Part shown: positions 21,767 through 31,840 of the stretch, piece by piece
Layout: each line of letters starts with the position of its first letter
Numbering within the stretch: position 1 is the stretch's first letter
DNA from: Bacteroidota bacterium
GTDB taxonomy: Bacteria > Bacteroidota > Ignavibacteria > Kapaibacteriales > UBA961
NCBI GenBank assembly: GCA_049317525.1
Contig: JBMOIC010000010.1
Span: 125 to 64,124 of the forward strand
Reading direction: 5' to 3'
Length of the DNA stretch: 64,000 bases
Position numbers and translations under genes: made by a program
Notes under the pieces: model-generated
Told to the model about the DNA's origin: nothing
The model's database searches: none
What the model saw: the letters and a program-made list of their open reading frames with translations, nothing else

Positions 21767-22909
21767 ATGAAAAGAAGAAATTTTCTTGGAGCATGTGGCA
21801 TTGGGCTAGGAGCCGGCATTATTAACTCTGCTAATTCATTAGCAAAGGCTGATAATAAGGTAGAATCTTTCCCTAAGTTTTCTGCTGAAGCCGTTCTTGC
21901 TTCAGAGGAATTGCATGCAAAAGGTTTCAGCGCTTCATTATTACCACCTGCCTTAAAAAAGGGATCAACAATAGGCATCACAGCACCAGCAAGCGGAGTT
22001 GATAATGGAGAACTCCAAGAAGGCATTTCACTGTTAAAAGCTAATGGTTTTAATATAGTAATAGGTAATACTATTACACGAAAATATGGCTATTTATCTG
22101 CACCAGATGCAGAACGTGCATCTGAGTTCATGGAGTTTATCGAAAGAAAGGATATTGATTGTATTTTATGTGCTAGAGGTGGATACGGAGTAATGCGCAT
22201 TCTACCCATGCTAGATTTTTCAATGATACAACAAAATCCAAAAATTATTATTGGTTATAGCGATATCACTGCATTATTAGTTGCTATAAATAGATTGAGT
22301 AATCTTGTCACATTTCATGGGCCTGTAGCGTCCTCTACTTTTGATCCATTTACTGTTGATTATTTTAATAAAACATTATGCTCAAATCAATTAATTCAAC
22401 AAGATGCAATTTCTAAAGATAATGTAGCTAGTTCTTTTGCGCCGATTACATATTCTGACAGTAAAATAATTACAATAAATTCTGGAGTTGCCCGGGGTAC
22501 TTTAACAGGTGGTAATTTATCGATGATAGTTAGTACTTTAGGTACACCTTATGAAATTGATACTAAAAATGCATTATTGTTTTTAGAAGATATTGCAGAG
22601 GAACCATATAAAATAGATAGAATGTTAACACAATTATGGCTTGCTGGCAAATTGCAACAATGTACAGGTATCGTTTTAGGACAATTCAAAAATTGTGAAG
22701 CTCAAAGAATCACAGGATTTGAAGTATCATTCTCACTTATACAAGTTCTTGAATCAAGAATTAAATCTTTGGGCATCCCTGCTGTGTATGGTTTACCTAT
22801 TGGGCATGTTAAAAGTAAGATGACATTACCATTAGGAGTTAATGCAGAGCTTAATTCTGTTGATAAAACATTTACAATTTTGGAAAGACCCGTAATGCTT
22901 GCTTCTTAA
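21767..22909 (+). CDS. LD-carboxypeptidase (peptidase S66, LdcA/MccF-like) with Tat signal
   Basis: MKRRNFLGACGIGLGAG is a Tat motif at the chosen start. The ORF track begins 17 codons earlier. The S66 core is GITAPASG...GYSDITAL. Confidence 0.75.
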   Translation: MKRRNFLGACGIGLGAGIINSANSLAKADNKVESFPKFSAEAVLASEELHAKGFSASLLPPALKKGSTIGITAPASGVDNGELQEGISLLKANGFNIVIGNTITRKYGYLSAPDAERASEFMEFIERKDIDCILCARGGYGVMRILPMLDFSMIQQNPKIIIGYSDITALLVAINRLSNLVTFHGPVASSTFDPFTVDYFNKTLCSNQLIQQDAISKDNVASSFAPITYSDSKIITINSGVARGTLTGGNLSMIVSTLGTPYEIDTKNALLFLEDIAEEPYKIDRMLTQLWLAGKLQQCTGIVLGQFKNCEAQRITGFEVSFSLIQVLESRIKSLGIPAVYGLPIGHVKSKMTLPLGVNAELNSVDKTFTILERPVMLAS

Positions 22910-23062
22910 TGAATATTTTGTGACTTATATCATTAGAATGTGTCATTACATTGAAGATTTTTGCATGATAAATCTACTTTTTTTTGTTCTAAAACATTAA
23001 TTTGTTTAGGGCATTTTACTTTGATAATAAATACTATGTGTTATACCAATCGGGAGAATCAT

Positions 23063-26000
23063 ATGATTCGCAGATTAGGATTCTTTACAATGTTTTTGTT
23101 TTTGTTAATAACTGCTTGTTCAGTTCAAACAAAAGCACAAGTTCGATTCAATATTTTTGCACCTGAAACAAAAGCTTATCCTCAGATAAGAACTTTTTTT
23201 CAAACATTAGATAAAGATGATGCTCCATTGGCTGGATTAGATTCTAATGATTTTGATGTATTTGAAAATGGAATTAGAATTCCAAATTCAGCGCTAATAA
23301 AGCGTTGTTCATCTATTGTTGATGGCCCTGCTTTAAGTGTAGTATTGGTTATTGATAAAAGTGGATCGATGTCTGAACAAGTTGGCCAAACCCCAGATGA
23401 TACAAGATTCAAATTTGTTAAGATTGCTTCTAAATTATTTGTTCAGCAATTGAATTTTATTGATCCAACTGCAGTAGCCATTGTTTCTTTCGATGGCCAA
23501 TCTTACTTAGAACAAGATTGGACAAATAATCGCAATCAATTGCTTGCTGCTATTGATAAAATAGAATTAGGAACTGCAACTGCTTATGATCCCCCGCTAC
23601 TACACAAACAATGGGGCGCAATTAAGCTTTTAAGTGAAAGGCCTACAGAACCAGTAAAAAGAGTCATTATCTTTTTAACCGATGGAGAGCCTAATAGAAA
23701 GCCAACTGTAGATTCTATTCGTAAAGGATTACAAGATAATGGCATCGTTTTTTATGCTATTACAGCATTTACCGGTATGAATGCAGATTTAGCAAGATTT
23801 GCAAGTGAAACCGGCGGAGAATCTTTCGAAGCAAATTCTCGTGATGCTGCAGCCCAATTACAAGAAATTTATGCTAAGATTGCTACTAAATTGCAAGCAA
23901 AAGAAGTATGCTATCTTCAGTGGAAATCTCCAATGGGTTGTGATGATTCTAGTAGAAAAAGAAAAATTGATATAACGCTAAAAAAAGGATATAATATCAC
24001 CAAATCCTCTGAATATTTAGCCCCAGCTAGTAGTATTCTAAGATTTGACGTAAGCCCACCAATTTTGTCATTTGGAAATCCTCTTCCAAATACTCCAATA
24101 ACAAGCTCTGTAACCGTTACAGCTAAAACTGGACAAGTTACTTTAACTAAAGGCAAAGTTACATCTCCAGCAGGTGCTACATTTAAATTAACTGATTGGG
24201 ACGGATCTACTCCAATTACGATAGATTCTGGAAAAAGCAGGGTTTTTGCTGTAGAATTTACTCAAGGTAATGTATTAGATTTTAGACAAGGCACTCTGGA
24301 ATTAACTGGAACACCATGTAGCCCACCAATTCTTCCTTTGGTAGGAGGAACAGCTAGTGTAATTCTTGTAGACCCAATATCTTCCGAAGTAAGATCTACA
24401 TGTAATGATTTAACTATCTTATGGGCAGGTGTTGATTCTGCGCAAGAAGTTATTATTCAATACAGTTCTGATGATGGAGCAACATGGAATCTTCTTGCAA
24501 ATAATGCAACAGGATTGAAATATATATGGTCAGCAGATGAGTTGAAAAAACTAGATACAAAAGGAAAATTCCGTATAAAAGTTGGTTTGCCAAGTGCAAA
24601 AACATATGTATGGGCTAAACAAATTGGCGGTACATTATCAGATTCATCTGTAAGTATATCTCTTTCATCAGATGGATTAAATGCTTTTGTAGGAGGTTCT
24701 TTTGTTGGTGTAGGTACTTTCGATACAAATCAGATGTCTAGTGCAGGTGGTTCTCGAGATGGCTTTTATGCTCAAATTGATGTTTCTGGCAATGTTGTTT
24801 ATGTAAAAGGCATTGGTGGAACTTCCGAAGATCAAATCACTGGAATTGCAGCTGGGCCTGGTAAAGTTGCATATACAACTGGATGGTATATTGGTGATGC
24901 AACTTTTGGAAATCAACCAGGTTTGCAAGGCGCAATATCCAAAACAAAGGCAAGTGATAAATCCAAACGTAATTTCTTTATGGCCAGAATAGAATCAAAT
25001 GGCAATATGGTTATGGTTCAGGATTTAGGCCCAAGAGCAAATACTGCAGGAGAAGCATTTGGTGAACAAATTGCATATGATCCATCCGATAAGCATGTAT
25101 ATGCTCAAGGTATGTTCAAAGGAACTTTAGAAACTACAATTGCTGGAGTTCCAGTAAGAATTCAGAATAGAACTACTTTATGGCAACCATTTACAGCAAT
25201 TTTTGATGAAGCAGGTAATTGGCTAGATTTACAACCATCTAAAGTAGTTGGCAAACCGTATACTAAAAATACAGCTACAGACAAAGATGGCTGTATTTAT
25301 GAAACAGGTTCTTTTAATGGAACAATCGTTAAAGATCCAGGTAATAAGCTATTAACATCAGCTGGATTATCTGATGGGTTTGTTACAAAATTCTGTGGAT
25401 TACCTCCAAGTTCATCTGCAAGTCAAGTAAGTTTCCCATTGGCAAAAGCTAAATTGTATTCGGTAGATCCAAATCTACGTTTCAATATGGGTACTACTGC
25501 TGTTGGACAACCTAAAGAACAAACATTAAATACTGGTATTTGTAATGGTGGAAACCTAGATACATTTATTGATAGTGTTGGTGTGGATAATCCTCAGTTT
25601 AGTCTAAAAACAGTGCTTAATGGACGACTCTTCCCAGCTGTTAACTGCGATACTGTTCCTATAGAAGTATTATTCGATCCAACTTCTCCAGGTGAACATT
25701 GCGCTAAAGTTACTTTTTATGCATCTTGCTCTCCTATAGTATCTATGACAATTTGCGGAATTGGTGTTGAGCCTTGTACATATACATATACTTCAGACAC
25801 AGTGTTTGCGAATACTTTGGTAAACGCTAAGTCTCCCATGAAAATTAAAACAGCACTTTGTAATAAAAGTGGGATAATTATTGATGGTAAATTAAAATTA
25901 GCGGGTACAAATCCTGGAGATTATAAAATTGTAAGTGTCAATCCTGGATATGGCACAGCTTTGCCTTCAAGTGGTGATACTACAATTACAATTCGCCCAG

Positions 26001-27766
26001 GACAATGTTTAGAACTTGAAGTTGAATTTTCTCCTACAGCAACAGGAAAAAGGACTGCAATTATAGATTTAGGCCTTCCAGCTGATTGTGGCGCTCCTCG
26101 TATTCAATTAAGCGGAGATGGTATTTCTCCATTACAGGCAACAGTATCTAATGGAATTTGGGGCTGTGTACCTGTTAATGGTAAAGATCAAAAAGTAATT
26201 AAAATTAAAAATAATGGTGGTAGCGAAGCAACAATAGAATCAATCACTCTACAAAAGAATGATGGAACATTTACCGTTATTACTCCAACATTACCAATTT
26301 CACCATATAAACTTGGTAGCGGACAAGAATCTAACCTAACAATTGAATTTTCTCCAAAAACCGCAACATTAGGTCTGTGGGATTCATTATTAGTTAAAGC
26401 TTCTGCAGATAATCAAACAATTACAGTTGGTGGAAGACTTCAAGGTGATGGATGTACTGGCACATTAAAAGCAGATTCTAATTGCGTTGGAACTACAATA
26501 GTTGGTACCAATAATACTAAAGCTGATGCATTAATATTGAATAATACGGGCAATGCGCCTTTGAATGTATCTTCAATCACTATTGTTGGATCTACAGAAT
26601 TTGATAATTTAACTCCAGTTGCACCATTTACAATTCCAGCTGGTGGGAAGCAGATAATGTCTGTAAGGTTTACACCTCAATTTGTAGGTTATAGAAGCGC
26701 AACTGTCAATATTGTACACGATGGACCAAATGGCTCTAGCCAAGCAACTATTTGTGGAGAAGGTTTCTCTGCAGACAGTACAGTTAATTTTGGAACTATT
26801 TTAGTGTGTGAAACTCCTGGAGCAGTAATTCCTTATCCTAACTTAAGTAGTAATAAAGTGACAATTGATGCTTCTGTAGAAGGCACAGATAAAGATCAAT
26901 TTACATTATTACCATCAGGAAGTGTAGATATTGGTGCTGGCTTAACTAATAATTTCTTAATAATGTTTACACCGCAAAGTGCAGGTACTTTTGCAGCTAC
27001 AGTAAAGTTAGGTCAAAGAAAAATCAATTTGATTGGCAAGGCTATAACTTCTGGTATGAAAGTATATACTAGCCCTAATGATTATCAAAAAGTTATTCCA
27101 GGAAAAGCGGTCAATTTAATTGTAAAAGCAAAGATTGATTCTGCTATAGGCACAACGAATGTTGATACATTACAAGTTATTTTAAGCTATAATGCACAAA
27201 ACTTAGAATATTCTAATAAGTTGATCAGCAAAATTAATGGCTGGACATGGAATGCAGTTAGCAAGCCAAATAATATTGTGGTAAGCGGAAAAGGTATCAC
27301 TTCGATTCCTGGCAAATCTGATGTAGAATTGTTTGAGTTAGAATACAATGCGTATTTGGGTGATACCAATGTATTCAGTGTCGATGTTCAAGCAACAACT
27401 TCTACTCCTTTATCTAAATGCTTAATTATTAATACTGCAGGTTCTTCATTAACATTGGATAAGATTTGCTTCCAAAATGGACGCTTTATCCGTGGAAGTG
27501 GAATTGGATATGCATTAAAGCAAATTGGCCAATCCCCTGCTGTAGATCAAGCATCAATAGAATATAGCATTGGGATTTCAGGACAAACCACAATCGAATT
27601 ATATAATAGTATGGGACAAAAAGTACATACTTTATTAAATGGAACACTCCAAAGTGGATCATATGAATTATCTTTATCTACAGAGTCATTACCATCTGGT
27701 ATGTATATCTGTGTAATGAAATCAGGTCCATTCCAAGCTCAGCAACAATTGATGATTACCAAGTAA
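23063..27766 (+). CDS. large surface protein: N-terminal vWA domain, repeated Ig-like beta-sandwich domains, T9SS C-terminal sorting domain
   Basis: The SD GGGAGAA precedes the ATG at 23063. The signal peptide is MIRRLGFFTMFLFLLITACS. The vWA MIDAS is DKSGSMS...FLTDGEP. There are many about 100-aa repeats carrying the N-x-G-x-x-x-L-x-I motif. The C-terminal about 80 aa (IELYNSMGQKVHTLLNGTLQSGSYELSL...GMYICVM) is a Por secretion tail. Confidence 0.8.
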   Translation: MIRRLGFFTMFLFLLITACSVQTKAQVRFNIFAPETKAYPQIRTFFQTLDKDDAPLAGLDSNDFDVFENGIRIPNSALIKRCSSIVDGPALSVVLVIDKSGSMSEQVGQTPDDTRFKFVKIASKLFVQQLNFIDPTAVAIVSFDGQSYLEQDWTNNRNQLLAAIDKIELGTATAYDPPLLHKQWGAIKLLSERPTEPVKRVIIFLTDGEPNRKPTVDSIRKGLQDNGIVFYAITAFTGMNADLARFASETGGESFEANSRDAAAQLQEIYAKIATKLQAKEVCYLQWKSPMGCDDSSRKRKIDITLKKGYNITKSSEYLAPASSILRFDVSPPILSFGNPLPNTPITSSVTVTAKTGQVTLTKGKVTSPAGATFKLTDWDGSTPITIDSGKSRVFAVEFTQGNVLDFRQGTLELTGTPCSPPILPLVGGTASVILVDPISSEVRSTCNDLTILWAGVDSAQEVIIQYSSDDGATWNLLANNATGLKYIWSADELKKLDTKGKFRIKVGLPSAKTYVWAKQIGGTLSDSSVSISLSSDGLNAFVGGSFVGVGTFDTNQMSSAGGSRDGFYAQIDVSGNVVYVKGIGGTSEDQITGIAAGPGKVAYTTGWYIGDATFGNQPGLQGAISKTKASDKSKRNFFMARIESNGNMVMVQDLGPRANTAGEAFGEQIAYDPSDKHVYAQGMFKGTLETTIAGVPVRIQNRTTLWQPFTAIFDEAGNWLDLQPSKVVGKPYTKNTATDKDGCIYETGSFNGTIVKDPGNKLLTSAGLSDGFVTKFCGLPPSSSASQVSFPLAKAKLYSVDPNLRFNMGTTAVGQPKEQTLNTGICNGGNLDTFIDSVGVDNPQFSLKTVLNGRLFPAVNCDTVPIEVLFDPTSPGEHCAKVTFYASCSPIVSMTICGIGVEPCTYTYTSDTVFANTLVNAKSPMKIKTALCNKSGIIIDGKLKLAGTNPGDYKIVSVNPGYGTALPSSGDTTITIRPGQCLELEVEFSPTATGKRTAIIDLGLPADCGAPRIQLSGDGISPLQATVSNGIWGCVPVNGKDQKVIKIKNNGGSEATIESITLQKNDGTFTVITPTLPISPYKLGSGQESNLTIEFSPKTATLGLWDSLLVKASADNQTITVGGRLQGDGCTGTLKADSNCVGTTIVGTNNTKADALILNNTGNAPLNVSSITIVGSTEFDNLTPVAPFTIPAGGKQIMSVRFTPQFVGYRSATVNIVHDGPNGSSQATICGEGFSADSTVNFGTILVCETPGAVIPYPNLSSNKVTIDASVEGTDKDQFTLLPSGSVDIGAGLTNNFLIMFTPQSAGTFAATVKLGQRKINLIGKAITSGMKVYTSPNDYQKVIPGKAVNLIVKAKIDSAIGTTNVDTLQVILSYNAQNLEYSNKLISKINGWTWNAVSKPNNIVVSGKGITSIPGKSDVELFELEYNAYLGDTNVFSVDVQATTSTPLSKCLIINTAGSSLTLDKICFQNGRFIRGSGIGYALKQIGQSPAVDQASIEYSIGISGQTTIELYNSMGQKVHTLLNGTLQSGSYELSLSTESLPSGMYICVMKSGPFQAQQQLMITK

Positions 27767-27784
27767 TTATTATTGTACATATAT

Positions 27785-27827
27785 AAAAAAAGGCAGTGAA
27801 TAACATATTCACTGCCTTTTTCTTTTT
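27785..27827. terminator. bidirectional intrinsic terminator
   Basis: An A7 run is followed by GGCAGTGAATA-ACAT-ATTCACTGCC and then TTTTTCTTTTT, between convergent genes. Confidence 0.65.
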
Positions 27828-27835
27828 ATCTCTAT

Positions 27836-30055
27836 TTAACTTTCTTGTATTGGGATCTCTTTATACATCACTCTATGATGTCGCATTCCTAGAAGGTTCT
27901 TTGCAAAAGACTCTTTTACTTCTTGTATCTCTGCCATCGTAATTGGGCATTCATCAAATTGACCATCTAAAAACCTATCTTTAACAATCGAATCTAATAT
28001 TTCTACGATATCTTCTCTATTATCTGCATTGGCAGCCCTTGCAATAGCTTCGGCAGCATCTGCCAGCATAACAATAGCTGTTTCTTTAGTTACAGGTTTA
28101 GGGCCTGTATATCTATAGTCTTCCATTTTAACAATTGTAGATCCTTCACCAATATTAGACAATTCAATAGCTTTAGCATAAAAGTGCTTAATAAGCATAG
28201 TTCCATGATGCATAGGAATAAAATCTATAATTCTTTGAGGTAATTTATATTCTATCGCTAATTCTATTCCATCTTGAACATGATCTCTAATGATAGAAGC
28301 ACTTTTTTTAGGTGCTAATTTATCATGTTTATTATCGATATTTATTTGATTTTCAACATAATATTCCGCTTTTGGAATTTTACCTATATCATGAAAATAA
28401 GAACCTACTTTGGCTAGAAGTCCATTAGCCCCTATTGCAATCGCAGCACTTTCTGATAATCGTGCAATGGTTAAAGTATGCTGATATGTACCGGGTGATT
28501 TCTCACTCATTTCTACTAATAATGGATGTTCTACATTATCATATTCTTTTAAACGTAAATCTGTTGTAAGATTAAAAACTCTTTCAATAATATACAAAAT
28601 ACCAAAAGTCAATAAAGGAGAAAAAACTGAGTTAACTCCAGCTACACCCAATTGGAGAAGTGTTTCTGAAATATCAAGAGTTCTTTCAGCACTAATTGAA
28701 ATGATTGTAAGAGCAAAACCAAGCATAACAAAGAGAATTGATTGAAATATCTGTGTTCTACTTTTAATATCTCTTACACTATAAGCAGCTAGCATACCGC
28801 CTATCATCATTGCCAAACCAACAGAATAATCGCTTCCTCTAATACCTGCAATCAACAAAGACATCACAACCGTACTATAAAAAGCAGTTCTTGAATCAAA
28901 TAAAATAGCAATTAGCATCGATAATGCAGGTACTATCACGGCATATTCTAATGGATAACTCGAATTAATGATAATTGAAAACCAACCTGATAATGAAGCC
29001 AGCAACATAATCCCACATAATCCCATTACTTTATAATTATCTTTAAATATATTTGGTCTTATGAAATACAGATACAAAATCAACATTGAAAAAATTATGA
29101 AGGAATGTCCCATACCACCAAGAAAGACAATCCAAGAATAATCTTTTCCTTCGATTATTGATCGATAGCTAGTATACGATTGCATTTTAAGCATTGCCAT
29201 TCTATCGATTCTTTCACCCTTATTGATGATGATATCTCCAGCCTTTACAATTCCTAAGGTTCTTGGTACAGCACTGATTTTTACATTTGACAACTCATTT
29301 GTAAGAGATTCAGAATACATGAACTTTGCAGGTAGAACTGATATCAACATCTTTACTAGAATAAAGCTTGTTTGTTCATCAAACTGATTATTAAGAGCTC
29401 TTATCAGAATTCGTTTAACAGATGAGGAATCAATTAATTCATGTCTCTGTAATTCAATATCTTGTAAACTATTTTTCTTAATAATAATACTTTGCCATAA
29501 GGAGTCTATTTGAATATTTACATAAGATTTACCTGAATAGACTGAATCTAGTATATTCGATTTATATAAAGCTAGAACTTGAAGGAACTTCTCTTTGGTA
29601 TTAGGATCAATTTTTTGGAATTTTTGATATATATCAGAGGATACATTGGCTTTAATCACATTATTATTATTTGATTTTAGCAAGGATTCTTCAAGGAGAA
29701 TAAGATTAGAATCTGCTTTTTGTCTACTTACTTTATTATCGACAAATACCGGGCTTGAATGCTCTTTTATAAATTGAATTTCAGCATTAATTTCTTGTAA
29801 AGGCTTATTAATTGCAAAAGGATATTCAGCTTTTACAGTTTCATTCATCCAAAGAATACCATCAGACACTTTCTTTATATCAGAAGATCCATCTTCGAAA
29901 TTTTGATGATGGGGAAATAATAATCCAACAAGTATAATAGATATGCACAATATTGAATACTTAACAATATGTGAATTTCTAAGAGAGATTTCAGGCGTTT
30001 GTTCTTGAGCTTCTGTATTTTTTAATTGCTCAAATAAGGTTTTTTGTTTAGCCAT
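27836..30055 (-). CDS. 7TM receptor with intracellular HD hydrolase (7TMR-HD / HDIG family)
   Basis: It has an extracellular N-domain, seven TM helices and a C-terminal HD domain (YQHTLTIARLS...GSYFHDIGK). Confidence 0.8.
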   Translation of the reverse strand: MAKQKTLFEQLKNTEAQEQTPEISLRNSHIVKYSILCISIILVGLLFPHHQNFEDGSSDIKKVSDGILWMNETVKAEYPFAINKPLQEINAEIQFIKEHSSPVFVDNKVSRQKADSNLILLEESLLKSNNNNVIKANVSSDIYQKFQKIDPNTKEKFLQVLALYKSNILDSVYSGKSYVNIQIDSLWQSIIIKKNSLQDIELQRHELIDSSSVKRILIRALNNQFDEQTSFILVKMLISVLPAKFMYSESLTNELSNVKISAVPRTLGIVKAGDIIINKGERIDRMAMLKMQSYTSYRSIIEGKDYSWIVFLGGMGHSFIIFSMLILYLYFIRPNIFKDNYKVMGLCGIMLLASLSGWFSIIINSSYPLEYAVIVPALSMLIAILFDSRTAFYSTVVMSLLIAGIRGSDYSVGLAMMIGGMLAAYSVRDIKSRTQIFQSILFVMLGFALTIISISAERTLDISETLLQLGVAGVNSVFSPLLTFGILYIIERVFNLTTDLRLKEYDNVEHPLLVEMSEKSPGTYQHTLTIARLSESAAIAIGANGLLAKVGSYFHDIGKIPKAEYYVENQINIDNKHDKLAPKKSASIIRDHVQDGIELAIEYKLPQRIIDFIPMHHGTMLIKHFYAKAIELSNIGEGSTIVKMEDYRYTGPKPVTKETAIVMLADAAEAIARAANADNREDIVEILDSIVKDRFLDGQFDECPITMAEIQEVKESFAKNLLGMRHHRVMYKEIPIQES

Positions 30056-30073
30056 AATAATCTGTTATTCTTT

Positions 30074-30910
30074 TCAAAATATATCAGCACTTTCAATATT
30101 AATAGAATAGGAATTTCCAAACAAACTTTGGAAGCGAATTAATCCTTTTACTATTAATGAAGGGGCTTGGAAAAAATCAATACGTATATCTAATGATTGC
30201 AAAGGTACTGAATATGTAGTTCGTAAAACAATATCTGGTGTTAATCCCATGACAGCACATATTCTTAAACCCGTAATGGCTTGAAGAATTAAAATGTCAG
30301 TTTCAAGGTAAAAATTATCAGTAATATCAGAATTAATTCCAATAGAATACTGAGGCATGGAAGGTTGATAAAGAATGGTATTATGCGTTTGTAAAGATTG
30401 TATACATATTAGTTTAGAGCTTAACCATGGAGATATATGAGTAATACCTCCTGTTAAAAAGTACGGTCCATTAATAAAAGATTGTTCATCTCCTATATGC
30501 ATATATGTACTACTTAGGCCGAAAAGAATATCAGTTTGTGCAATTGGTGATTTCCACTTGCATACGATACTAGGTGTTATTTCATTATAGTATTGTGAAT
30601 ATATTGACATTATTGAAGATTCGATTTCAATATCATTATGAGGAATTATATAAGCATTAATCGTATATGGGGTTAATTGTGCAATGCCAGAGGATTGAGG
30701 GCTAATCGTACATCCTAAAGAATATAAAGGGAGACTATTAAGTGAATCATGCGCTTCCCAGAATTTGTGATGAGTATTCATCACATTAGAAAGATTAGAT
30801 TCATATAAAGAAAAATGTCCAATTTGACTATAGCAATCAAACAAAATAAAAAAGTTGCTATGAGCAACTATGCATAGTATTTTAGCAGTACGTATAATAC
30901 TGACATTCAT
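30074..30910 (-). CDS. hypothetical outer-membrane beta-barrel-like protein (C-terminal Phe)
   Basis: The signal peptide probably starts at the internal Met (MNVSIIRTAKILCIV...). The sequence alternates hydrophobic residues and ends ...INIESADIF, which is typical of an OM barrel terminal strand. No family was recognised. Confidence 0.35.
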   Translation of the reverse strand: MNVSIIRTAKILCIVAHSNFFILFDCYSQIGHFSLYESNLSNVMNTHHKFWEAHDSLNSLPLYSLGCTISPQSSGIAQLTPYTINAYIIPHNDIEIESSIMSIYSQYYNEITPSIVCKWKSPIAQTDILFGLSSTYMHIGDEQSFINGPYFLTGGITHISPWLSSKLICIQSLQTHNTILYQPSMPQYSIGINSDITDNFYLETDILILQAITGLRICAVMGLTPDIVLRTTYSVPLQSLDIRIDFFQAPSLIVKGLIRFQSLFGNSYSINIESADIF

Positions 30911-30928
30911 ATAAAACCCCTGATTATT

Positions 30929-31840
30929 ATGTTTAAAATAAAACAAACTCTTGTTATTTCATGTATGTATTGCGCACTTACTTTTCTAAGTACTTTACAT
31001 GCACAAGAAATTCAATTTCAAGTAAATGTTGATTTAAATAATATACCTTTTGATAGTAGAATAGATATTCAAAATCTGAAATCAGATATTATTAATTATT
31101 TATCGACACAAAAATATGCCGATCAAGATTGGGAAAAGCCTAAAGTTCCTGTAGATATTGGTATTACTGTTACTGGAAAAGCCTCAAATAATACATATTC
31201 AGCTATTTTAACAGTATTAAGCTATACTCTATTAGAAAATGGAGCAAAATCAGTTTTAATGAAATCAATCGAAAAAAATTGGTCTTTTGAGTATGCTCCT
31301 GGTGCAGCACTCTCATTTCAAAATAATAGATTCAATAGTTTATCCTCCCCTATTGATTATTATATGCTTACTGCAATGGGCTTATTTTTGGACACCTATG
31401 GAGAATTAGAAGGTACACCATTTTATGAAAAAGCAAAGTTAATTTGTCGTAATGGGGCTGCTGTGAATGCATCTGGATATACTATGACTCCCGACCCCTC
31501 TGTTCCTTCCAAAATTGGATTAGTAACTGAATTAACTGACATGGTATTTGATGACTTTAGAAAACTAATATTCTCCTATCATTTTGATGGTTTAGAGGCC
31601 CTAGAAAAAGATAAAGATTCTGGAAAAAAAGTAATGGCAAACATTATTACTTCTATGAAAACATTTAAACAAAAGAAAGTAACCATGAGAAGTACATTAA
31701 TGGATTATTTTTTTAATGCAAAATTCATGGAGATAGCAGATATCTTTAAAGGATATGATGACCCAGAGCTATTTACAAATTTAGGCATATTAGACCCCGC
31801 AAATAATAGCATTTATCAAAAAGCTCAGGATGATAGATAA
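30929..31840 (+). CDS. hypothetical secreted protein
   Basis: 303 aa. It has a clear signal peptide (MFKIKQTLVISCMYCALTFLSTLHA). No catalytic motif was recognised. Confidence 0.4.
   Translation: MFKIKQTLVISCMYCALTFLSTLHAQEIQFQVNVDLNNIPFDSRIDIQNLKSDIINYLSTQKYADQDWEKPKVPVDIGITVTGKASNNTYSAILTVLSYTLLENGAKSVLMKSIEKNWSFEYAPGAALSFQNNRFNSLSSPIDYYMLTAMGLFLDTYGELEGTPFYEKAKLICRNGAAVNASGYTMTPDPSVPSKIGLVTELTDMVFDDFRKLIFSYHFDGLEALEKDKDSGKKVMANIITSMKTFKQKKVTMRSTLMDYFFNAKFMEIADIFKGYDDPELFTNLGILDPANNSIYQKAQDDR

Noticed and set aside
23200-24928. Antisense ORFs within the 1601-aa gene (23200..23412, 23917..24156, 24677..24928)
   Set aside because: The sense frame has a clear domain structure, and the antisense frames are short and unsupported.
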